A DNA stretch of 60,127 nt, counting the filler, from Basidiobolus ranarum (taxonomy: Eukaryota): the NCBI GenBank assembly GCA_040143965.1. It is 6 parts of 6 records of this genome, joined end to end, with 100 filler letters (N's around TTAATTAATTAA, not from the genome) between each part and the next. Parts side by side here need not be neighbours in the genome. Positions count along the whole stretch, not along the records: positions 40,206 to 50,136 come from JASJQH010007640.1; positions 50,237 to 60,127 come from JASJQH010007642.1; 4 more parts are not named here. The stretch is one strand, 5' to 3'. The translations under genes were made by a program, and so were the position numbers. The notes below the pieces were generated by a model. The model did not search any database, was not told the DNA's origin, and saw only the letters and a program-made list of their open reading frames with translations. The stretch's first letter is position 1; each line of letters starts with the position of its first letter. Positions 41,946 to 52,650 of this stretch are shown in pieces.

Positions 41946-43700
41946 GTTATACCAACACATCTTTGTATGTTCTCGCCAGGAGACTTTCGAGCTTTTCCAT
42001 TCGTGTAATACGATTTAATTCATCTTTTGTGCATTGTTTTTCATATATTTGGATCTCCACCTCTACTTACTCATTTGTTATTTTCTCACTCGATATGCTC
42101 GTACCAACATTGGTCTGTAAAGTACTCAGCCCATACCAAATCAACTATCAATTGCTACTTCTAATTCAGACCACGTAGTTCATAGAAACTCGGTCAAATG
42201 CACCATATCAGCTCCTGGAAGCATCTTCTCACATCCTGATTAATTCCACCATTTTGATACACCTAAATTCTCAACACAGGACGAGTTCTCATTTATCCCC
42301 AAAAAGCCCTATTTGTCTGGAACAATTTCATTTGCGTCACACTCTTTGTTCGTGATGATTTCGTTTTGTTTGGTCTTGTCGTTTCCTCTCTATCTGACAT
42401 TTGTGTATTCTCCACCACAACGCATCGCAAAAGAGGCCCCCATCCGGATCTTTCGTCAGAATACTGGTTGATTATTTTCAATAAATCACACGACATTAGC
42501 AATTTCCAATTTAGATCCCAAGCAGGTTTTGTCTGGATGGTCTTAATTCATCTGACTCTATTCATTAGAGACACTCACGTGATCTTTCTCACCAATGCGG
42601 TTTGGGGGAGTCATTCCAGATTGATTCAGGGTTCGTTTCATACGATTGTTCCGATTTCACTGAGCTTCAACACGCAAGGTCGTTGCCTTGCAGCCATACC
42701 AGAAGAAGAAGGGTATTTCCAACACCAACCCAATGACGTTCCACCTCTATATGAAAGTGACGCCAACATTTCCATTGAAAGCTTTCCAGATTACGGAATG
42801 ATATGGATTTCTGCATTGTGGATGGGTCAATTCACCGGAACAAACCTGCAGCATCTCTTCGCTTGCAAGTATTCATGTTCCTCTTGCCAGGCACTTGAAA
42901 CCCCCTGTCTTTCCCACGCTGATCGTTTCGCGGACTCCATCTCGAACGCAGGATCAAAAGGAGGTGGTGGAATGCCTTCCAAGAGGCGACGTCATTGCCG
43001 CATTGGCTTGGTATTCAGTCATTGAATCATTGAAAACAACCTGCTGTGCAAGTCATCTGACCTGGCAGTCTAATGATTTGAAGTTCCGAACTCATGCTGA
43101 AGCTACACAATCACTAGGGTGGATGAATGGACCTTGTCATCTTCAGTTTGAAAAAGGATGGACTAATTTGGATAAATTTGGGTGCTCTTGATTTCTACTG
43201 GAGCAGGAGGATTTCTTTGAATGTTACCTGCTTTGGTATACTTCGGCAATTTGGATTCTTTTATACTCGGTTGGGTTTGTGCAGCATCGGGATGGGTTTA
43301 GGTACGGTTTGAAGGATGCAACAGACGTTGAAATAATCATGAGTTGTCTCACTGCCATCCAAACCCACTGTTCTTTTGGTGGAATCCAAGAGTTGAATTG
43401 TAGATAATTATGTAATCTCCCATCGGAGATGTTACCTTGCATGTGGGAACCCAGTGGATTGCATGTTCCTAATGGGTTATGTAGCTAATATTGGCTATAT
43501 TGTTCGAGTACAGCTCCGAGATCAATGCATTCTCTTTCAGATTGAGGTTCGGAATAGAAAAGGTACGTTGGCACTTCATGGGCATGGCCATGGCCATGGT
43601 CCGGAGTATTCCACGGATGAAATCTGCGGGTGACATAGAGGGAGTGTATGCCGGATATGTAGTAAGTGAAAGTTAGCTACCATGACTATTCAACTCATGT
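41946..43700 (-). pseudogene. Heavily decayed coding-like region between the two HMG genes, possibly a GATA-type zinc-finger relic
   Basis: Protein-like stretches are broken by stops and frameshifts, e.g. STSILTKDPDGGLFCDA/CGG near 42410-42490 and EVEIQIYEKQCTKDELNRITRMEKLESLLARTYKDVLV* at the end. Confidence 0.3.
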
Positions 43701-44144
43701 ACCAAATATGAATCCATCCCTCCATCGGGTTGATCAGATCTCTTGATGATCGTATAGTAGTGGTGAATGATGATCTTTTGAATTTAGGAAGAACTGGTTG
43801 CTCATGACCATTTTGAATGATACCCCTTTTGGTTATATTCTGTCTCGATAATCTGATGCAACATAGAAGAAATCTGCTTGGTAGTTTTACTTCAGATAAT
43901 CATGATGATGGGGTGTAACGACATCGATTAAGTTGGGCATATCGTTCGAGGCAGTGAGGTGAGGGAGAGTCTATACAGGCATAGATGAATACATTAAATA
44001 GAACTGGTGCCTATACACCTTACTAGTTCTAGGGTGGCTGGGAAGAATTAAAATTCCTGGAATAGATATTTCCAAATGGCTGTGCGATTCAAACACGTGA
44101 AGATTTGTATATGGGTGAATTAGCTGATGGATACAAGGCAAGTG

Positions 44145-44957
44145 TTAACCATTTTCAGTAGTGAGTTTTGGGATGTAAAGGATGTGAAAGGAGTCAGGAT
44201 CGACTTTGGGGAGGCTGGGGGCAATATTGAGTGGCTGCTCAATGTATTCATTCGATGGTACAGGCTGTTGCACATCAGGTTTGATACGTTTACGACGACC
44301 TTGTTGTGGGGTGAATTTGTAATCGGGATATTTCGTTTGATGTTCCTGTTGTAGGCTGCGAGCTTTCTGGCGATATACCTCTTTCACACAATCGGGTAAT
44401 TCTTTCCATTCTTTGCCCAATGCCTTGGATACATCGTTGTTGGATAGATGTGGACTCTGTTGAAAGATCCTTCCATGGTTTTCTCGCCGGAATAGAATGA
44501 ATGCGTTGGTGGGACGTGGTGTCTTGATGTCTTTTTTCACTGTCTTTGGAGGATTAGTGGGTGCAGTTGAAGCTATAGCTGTTGGTGGATATATCTTTAA
44601 AAGATTTGGTGGATGAGGATAGTTGTGAGGTATCCAAACGGGATGATTTAATGGAATAGATTCTGAAGGTAGATTGTATTCAACTACAGAAGCCAAGGAG
44701 TCGAGCATCAATACTGGAACATATCCTGAGGGAACAAAAACGAACTCTCCTTCTTTGGGTATGGAGGAAGCGGGTTCATTTGACTGTGCCTTGCTAGGAT
44801 CAAATGCGGGGAAGAAACTCGGTGAATGCTCCAGAATGAAGTCTAAAGATATTGAATCTTGCAATGTTCGAGAGACAGATGGTTGTTGGTTTGAAGGGTA
44901 GCTTACAGTATATTCTGGCACACCTGCGAAACTACTGATGGAGGGAATGCCACTCAT
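44145..44957 (-). CDS. MATA/SOX-type HMG-box transcription factor (SexM/SexP/MAT1-2-1-like)
   Basis: Intronless ORF containing IKTPRPTNAFILFRRENHGRIFQQSPHLSNNDVSKALGKEWKELPDCVKEVYRQKARSLQQEHQTKYPDYKFTP followed by the basic RRKR tail. Confidence 0.95.
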   Translation of the reverse strand: MSGIPSISSFAGVPEYTVSYPSNQQPSVSRTLQDSISLDFILEHSPSFFPAFDPSKAQSNEPASSIPKEGEFVFVPSGYVPVLMLDSLASVVEYNLPSESIPLNHPVWIPHNYPHPPNLLKIYPPTAIASTAPTNPPKTVKKDIKTPRPTNAFILFRRENHGRIFQQSPHLSNNDVSKALGKEWKELPDCVKEVYRQKARSLQQEHQTKYPDYKFTPQQGRRKRIKPDVQQPVPSNEYIEQPLNIAPSLPKVDPDSFHILYIPKLTTENG

Positions 44958-45369
44958 TACGACTAGTTAACTTACAGTTCAAGTGGTTGATTGCCCAAAA
45001 GAAAAGCTAGGGTCAGGGTCACAGATTAAAGTTAAAGTCAGATGGAAAATGAATGCAACAAGCTGGTTGTATTATGGTTTGTCGAATGCTGATCAGTGGC
45101 CCAGTGAAGGGTTTTATAGGACCCAATAGATCCATAATTAGTATAATTTATCTTTTGGATTCCTCATTGTTCACCAATGGTACAGTGTCTTTAGTGTGTC
45201 AATAGTCAATAGTGGTTTGAATGATATCTGCATTTAGAAATCCCACAATAGGTTCGTCCAATCATCGTTATTTCAAGATTGCATAAGAGTAGTTGTTATT
45301 TTTCGAGTCAAGAAATCAATCTGCATGGATAAACCTCGGATCGCTACTTAGAATAAGAATTACTTAGAG

Positions 45370-46155
45370 AAAAGAATCCTGGTTCCAGATCTCGTCTATA
45401 CATAATCAGTTGCACACCGCGCCGTGTGAGCGATACTGTTTGCCCAACTTGAGCGGATATGGGTGGATCGTGCCTTCATCCGAATTAATGTTTTTTTGAT
45501 GGATTCATATGCATCCAGTACAATGACTAGCATAATTGGTTTAGTCTCATTATCGAGTACTGCATTGGTCGTAAAGAGTCCGATGGGCTCTCGCTTTACT
45601 TCTAGGCACCGTGACATCTGCTGTGTCCTCTTCAACAAGAGATGGTAAGTGTAAGTGCTGTAGAGCTTCTGAGTCAAACTTGACGGATTTATCGGAATTC
45701 TACGAATGGCTGCCTTTACTCGAGGCCCAACCTCATGATTTTAAGAACAATCATGGACAGTCACCACCTCTAACGTAGGAATTTCCAGTAATTGGATTTT
45801 TAACAAGGTGTGTTTGCAACATTCATTTTCTCGGGTTTCAGAGTGACTGTCAAAGTTGACTTCGAGCATATGTTTGACTATGCAATGCAAAGTCAGTTAC
45901 TGATTGAAATACATATGCTATAACCTGAATCACGTGATATGGTAACCTGGACATGTGCCAAGCCCAAGTGCATGTCAATAGCAGTAAGCGAGCGATGAGC
46001 AGATTATAGCAAGGGAGTGAACGATACCAACACTTGTTGATGCTGTCGATTAGAATATTGAGAGTATGGTACAGCCTAAGAGCTAAGAGATTGATCACGT
46101 TTCGCAACAGATCCAGTGCAACGATGGATCTCAAAAAGAACCTACGCAATCTCAT
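45370..46155 (-). pseudogene. Possible decayed gene between the HMG gene and SLA2
   Basis: 101-aa ORF MRLRRFFLRS..., then a plausible intron ending CTGAC...CATAG and a long stop-interrupted frame (KHMLEVNFDSHSE...DEIWNQDSFL*). No family recognised. Confidence 0.25.
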
Positions 46156-46393
46156 CTATGATGTCGATTAATTATTGAAGCCTCTGGTCAGCTTCAATGA
46201 CGGGACTTGTATGCTATAACTAGAGCTGTGACCGTTATAATTACGCAGTCAGGTGACGATGACTTCACTCAAATAACTCATACGAACGCCATTGGACCAT
46301 GTGAGATAAGCTACTCAAACGATTTTTTCATAGCCTTGGCGAGGAATATTAATCAATACTCTGACTTTCGTCAACGCACTAACACAACACAAG

Positions 46394-49300
46394 ATGGCTA
46401 CTTCACGTCATTCAGATAGAGACAAAGTCGAGCATGAGCTCGCCATGAACATTAAAAAGGCGGTGAACTCTGACGAGACAGCACCTAAGCAAAAGCATGT
46501 AAGAAGTAAGTCTCAATGCACCAAGTCTCCTTTTACTTTTGTCCGTTCTACTGCCTTTCTATATTGATTGACATATATTTTTGTAAAGGTTGTATTGTAT
46601 ATACTTGGGACGCAAAGAGCTCCCAGTCGTTCTGGATGGGGTTAAAAGTGCAACCATTGTTGGCTGACGAGGTTCAGTGTTTCAAAGCACTTATCACTGC
46701 CCACAAAGTTATTAGTGGTGGTCATCCCGCAGTAAGTATTACTATTAAGTTAAATAGAACATATACCAGGAAGCATAAAATAAACCAGAATATTTGTTAC
46801 TATAGACCTTACGGGAGGCTATGAATGAAATTGGATTCCTAAAAGTATTAAGCCAATCTTTTGCACAAGACAGCTTCAAAGGTTATGGAGTTCTCATTCG
46901 AGCATATGTCGACTTCTTGATTGCTAAACTTGAATATCATCGGATGCATCCTGAATTCACTGGAAACTTTGACTATGATGATTATGTAAGTGTAAAGGGC
47001 GTTGACGATCCTAACGAAGGGTAAGTATATTCGTTTGTAATATCTTGACCTTGTTAATACTCATCATAACATTTAATGTTGCTGACTTTGCTACAAAACA
47101 GTTACGAAACCATTGCCGATTTAATGAATCTACAGGATCGCATCGACGCTTTCCAAAAACTTATCTTTCGAAGTTTCCGTCCAGCTTCGGATAACGAGTG
47201 CAGGATTGCTGCATTGGTACCTTTAGTGGAGGAAAGCTTTGGTATATACGAATTTTCGACAAGAATGTTAATGGCTATGCACAGACGTAAGAAACTTGCT
47301 TGTTTAAACTCCTGATAGAATGTAAATTTGCAACCATGCTTACGCTTGAATTATAGGTGTTGAATCACATGAGCCTCTCGAACCCCTTCGTTCTCGTTTC
47401 AATGCTCAGCATTATTCCTTGAGGAAGTTCTATTTTGAGTGCTCCACCATAAAATATCTTACTAGCTTGATTACTATTCCTAAATTACCACAGGTAAATG
47501 ATTGATTTATCTTGTTTACTGTACATTTTGTGATATAGTAACATTATTTCCCTAGGACCCTCCCAATTTCCTTGCTCAAAGTCCTACTTCTGCTCCTCGT
47601 TTGCCTGCTCGCCAGGCCACGCCACCACCAGCACCGCCTCCAGAGCCCGAGGTTGATCCTAGAGAGGAGCAACAAAGACAACTTGCGTTACAGAGGGAAT
47701 ATGACGAACAGCAGCGTTTGCTAAGAGAAAGACAAATGCAGGAGCAAGCTCGAAACCGATACAACGAACTGGAGCAAGAAATTATGAACTACCGAAATCA
47801 ACAAGAGCGTGATATGATGCTTATGTCACAATATGATCAAGTATGGCCATCTTAAATATAATTTTATTTGATATTTTGGGATATCATGGAAATACCTAAT
47901 GATGAATATCTAGCGTGTCAAAGCTTTAGAAAACGAACTGGCCAGAATTGGCCTTTCGCAACAACGGAATGATGGTGATTTGGACGCGTTAATCAAGCAA
48001 CTTCAAGGTATACCTTTTGTCATATATACCCAAACGCTGATATAATCATCTCATTAATCTTTGGCAATGGATAAGCTGAAATCGCCGAATGGAAAGCCAA
48101 ATACGAAGCTCTAGCTAAGTTTTACGCAAAGCTTCGCCAGGAACATCTTGAGCTTCTTGGTAAACTTAAGCAAGTAACTCTAAGAGCGAACACTGCCACA
48201 GAAACCGCTCATAAGCTTGATCGTTTGGAATCTGAATTACGAGTAAGAAGCCACTAAAATTTGTGTAGATCTACGATCTGACTAAGAGAAATGGGTATAT
48301 TACTCATTTTGCTTTCATAGGCAAAAAACACTGAGCTGATGGATATGATTCGTGAGCGTGATCGGGCTAAGGATGAGTTAGAACGGCTGCGTGGAGTGAG
48401 TAGATAGAAATTCATCCTATAATTATTTGAACACGAACTAAATGTCTTTTCTCAGTCCGATTCTGGAGAGCTAACTCGAATGAAGCGTGAATTGGAGGAG
48501 TCAAAGGCCAAATTAGAGAAACTCATGGAGGTAAGATTAATCATACTAATGATACTACATCATCGTATTGATATCCGTATTAGTCAACTGGAGGAGAGCT
48601 CGGCGAGATGCGCAGGAAATTCGATGAAGAGCGAAATGAATTGGAAGCAGTTCTTCGTGTTAGTATTGTACTGACCTTATCAAATTAAAGTTTGACGATT
48701 CCTAATATTTTACCGACTTTAGAATCTGCGCGAAACCGAGGAAGGCATCGCCAGAGATTGGGAAATAGCAAAGAATGAATTAGATAAGATGACATCGGTA
48801 AGCCTCAAAGAGCATGCTCATTTTCCATTTGCGGTCGAGTAATCCCCTAATGTTAGGCTAAAGAAGAAGAGATTGCTATTCTTCAAGCTGGTATGGATCA
48901 AAGTCTAATGGCTCTGGCCGAGCTGCAAGAGGCAAGACACCTATTATATATTATGTTAATTAGGATCATGCTTACCTAGAGCCTGTTTCTGTAGACATCT
49001 TCTGCTACTGAATCAGAGCTTCAAAAATTTGTTGACAAGCTTCATAGTGAACAATCTAGCAAGCTCCACAATATTTTAGGTTAGTATCACGTACTAATCG
49101 ACTTGATTTCGCTCGAATTCTAACTAGATCATTATACTCTATCCAGATGCTGTATTTCGTAGTTGTATCAAGAAGCTCAATGACGCTACCTTTGAGCTCA
49201 CATCACCTGCTAGCCAAGGAAATCAATCTGCTACTGCTCAATATGTTCTATCTATGGTAGAACGCGCATATATAACGTCTAGTGAATTCGCCATTAGCTA

Positions 49301-50136
49301 CTTGCAATACCTCTCTGATTCTGAAGATCAAATCTCTGTCATCAACACTGCTACAGCCTTCGCCGAAGCCGTTTCCCAGCTTCTTAATAACGTAAAGGGT
49401 GTTACCAGACTTGCCGATGAGGATGATCAAGTCGAAGAGATAATTCGCTCGGGGCGTTACTCTGCTGAAGCTGCAGAGAAGTTCTTTACGGACATGTTAT
49501 CTTCAAATATATTAACTTCTATTGAATCTGAGCGTCCAGATGTCATTGCCAAAGGTAATCATAACATACAGGTCGCTTTGAACAGACTTATTCAGTTGAT
49601 CGAATCCCTCCTGCCTAAGGACTCTCTTACCGCCGGGCAAGAGGATTTGGCATCCTTGGTTGAACGTGAAATGTTACAAGCTGCTCGCACTGTTGAAGAG
49701 GCCACTGAAAAGCTTTCTGATATTCGAAATAAGCCCAAAATGCCAGAAATATCAACTGAAGACCATCAAATTCATACCGCTGTACTTGATACTGCTAAAG
49801 CCATGACTCAAGCAATCGTGAATTTGGTGCGTTGCGCCCATGCTTCTCAACAAGAAATTGTTGATCAAGGGCGCGGATCTTTGTCCAAAAATGCTTACTA
49901 CAAAAAAAATAGCCGTTGGACTGAGGGACTTATATCAGCAGCTCAAGGCGTTTCGTCAGCAACCAACACTCTTGTTGAGGTTGCTAATGGAGTAATACAC
50001 GTTTCGCATAATCTATAGCAATTGATTAACGCCTCCAACGATGTCGCCACCGCTACTGCTGAGTTAGTGGCAGCAGCCCGTGTCAAAGCTAACATGTATT
50101 CCAAAACGCAAGAGAAGTTGGAATTGGCTTCACGTG
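46394..50136 (+). CDS. SLA2: Sla2/End4/HIP1R endocytic adaptor (ANTH, coiled coil, I/LWEQ), 14 introns, in-frame TAG at 50016-50018, 3' end truncated by the contig edge
   Basis: Motifs ETAPKQKHVRSCIVYTWD, FKALITAHKVISGGHP, DDPNEGYETI, ECRIAALVPLVEES, LITIPKLP, WKAKYEALAKFY, YYKKNSRWTEGLISAA and *QLINASNDVATATAELVAAARVKA. Confidence 0.96.
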
Positions 50137-50236
50137 NNNNNNNNNNNNNNNNNNNNNNNNNNNNNNNNNNNNNNNNNNNNTTAATTAATTAANNNNNNNN
50201 NNNNNNNNNNNNNNNNNNNNNNNNNNNNNNNNNNNN
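50137..50236. other. Artificial contig linker
   Basis: N44-TTAATTAATTAA-N44. Confidence 0.97.
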
Positions 50237-51949
50237 TAATTCGAATTCCTACAGCAGTAAACCCAGTAATTTGCCATTTGAAAATTATATTTTTGCAAAA
50301 ATTGCTGGTTATTGAATAACGCATGCCAAATTTGAGGATCAATATTTGAACATGTATGAATACCGTTAAGATACCGTCAAGAAACCGCCGTCACACCATC
50401 AAAATCCCTGGCAGAATGCAAGCCAGCAATATTGTGATGGTTCTCTGACGGTTTTGCTATTTTGGAGGGTGGATCTGATCCGGATCAAATCAATTTTACT
50501 TTTGTTAGGGAATATTGCAGGGTAACTGCCAGATGGCTGTAAGAATTTTGATTCAGCAATGTTAATACAATGGTGAGCTCAGATGAAGTTATTGATATAA
50601 GCTTGTGTTGAATATAACCTAAACCTTGGGTAAGAAGAACTCTATAAAAATATTCAGCACAATATATCAAAGAAACTAGGATTTCAAAGGAGACAAATTA
50701 GTGTTCAAGTGGCAAATGTGTAAAATTTGAGTTACATTTTTTGCACATGTGTTGATCCATGGTTTTCTGATATTGTAGCCAATCATGTGCTACTATTTTT
50801 GCAAGATCCTGAAATTTTTACTCCTGAAACTGAAAAATTAATCAAAATCAAATCTAACTTGACAATTTTATGACAATATGTAAACAGTCAATCCAAAATT
50901 GATTAAAATTGTGATGGTTCTCCTACAATAACATTCCTCAAATTTCTGTTAGGGACTTCTTCCCAACACTTTTCACTTTCACATTCCCCTTTAACACTTC
51001 CTTTCCTTTAGTGTCAAGATATTCTTCTTGTATGAATAGGATGATAATAAAGGCTTATATTGCAATTTCATGATTGTTTTTGAAACTGTTGAAGTATTGC
51101 AATATTGAATCTCTCAGAACTCTCTTTTGTTCCACACCAAGAATATATTTCTTTTGTCAAAATCCTTATATATTCTCAAAGAAGTGACTCTTTTCTTATT
51201 TAAGTTTAAAGGATTGACTTAAAGACTGCACAGAAATAGCTAAGATTTGTATCAGGATTATTTTCCGTCACTCTCCTCACATCCATATTTTCCTTCAACC
51301 CAAAGCACACTTTAAAGTTTTCTTTAACTGTTTCTTTTAGTGCAGGGTATATCTTCTATCAATATCTTCAAGCTTCCAAAAAATATGAATTCAGCTTAGC
51401 TAGAGATTTATAGTTGAATATTAGTCTTTGCTTTTAGAAAGATTGAAAAAACACCCCCATTGCACACTACAGCACCCTTTGGACACCTCACAAAATCCAG
51501 AAGATATTGCAGCTCTAGTTGCTGCTTACACCCTAAAGCAACTACAATGCAAGGAACCAGAAGTTAGTAAACCTAAGGGAAAAGCTAAGATGCCAGTGAT
51601 AGTGGCTCTACTGTCCTGCCTACCAACTTCTTCACATCATCAAACAGACTTGTGTTTCTTCAGTTGGATATACTAGCAGGTATACTGTCAAAAAGGCTTG
51701 ATTTTATGATGTGACCAAGTACACCAGTTTGAAGAGTTTGAAAGATCAAAGTGTATTGAATACCTGTTACCTCTCAACAATCTAAAATATTAGCAAATAA
51801 AACTAATGGCTCTCCAACCTCAACTGGTACTTTTCAAAGTGTTGAAATATGCACCAAACCTAAGGACAAGCAAAAAGTCACCCAAACACCACAAAGATAC
51901 TGACTAAGTATCACACTGCAAGGATGTAAAAAAGTTAGTAAAAGTGCTT

Positions 51950-52650
51950 GAAAGTATTTTCAAAGTATCAAGGGAAGTATGCAGTAAGTGGCTTCCAAAG
52001 AAGAATATTCAACTTGACATTCAGTTTGTGGTTGACTGTGCAGATATATGGGAAGAACTTAATTCAGAGCAGCACACTATTGCAGGGTATTCATCAGATA
52101 GCTGGAAGTATATTTATTCATGAATGTGTATACAATGGTGGACTTTGATGGATATACTGATGCAAACTTGTGTCAGATAAGTGCTAAACTTGGGTATGAA
52201 TACTTTGTAACAATATTCAGGAGAATCTATCAAAGATACTAGTGATTTCATAGGTAACAACTAAGCATTCAATTGGTAAATATATATAATTAGGTTTTGA
52301 TATTTATCAAGACACATAGTAAACCAAATGATTCAGTTATCTCTTTGCAAACTGCTTTATAGCAAATAGAATTAAGCTGCTTCCATGAAATATGTTACTT
52401 CTACTGATAAAGTAGGCAAGTGAATCATGCATCAGCTGAAGTCCAGCAGTGGCAAATTATAGGTTATGAGTCTTGTGACTCATGTTGACTTGTATCTTTG
52501 TAAAAGACTCATTAGGAATTGCCAATTAGGTCTGAATCATATAATATGTTACATGAACATATAGCAGGGAGAAGAAATTAGTGCATCAGTCATGTTACTT
52601 AGGAACATGGTAAAGTCACTAAATATGGTCTGAGAGCTTGTTAACAGTGA
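51950..52650 (+). mobile_element. Highly degenerate Ty1/Copia RT-RNaseH relic
   Basis: Fragments G*LCRYMGR, EQHTIA..IR*L, GYTDAN and HVDL..FVKD appear in the Copia order. The region is almost devoid of CpG. Confidence 0.5.

Noticed and set aside
42366-43025. 219-aa + strand ORF between the HMG genes
   Set aside because: Non-ATG start, no recognisable domain and atypical composition; more likely the antisense of decayed minus-strand coding sequence.
50016-50018. Alternative genetic code (TAG=Glu)
   Set aside because: Only one in-frame TAG across many kb of intact coding sequence; a point mutation or error is simpler.
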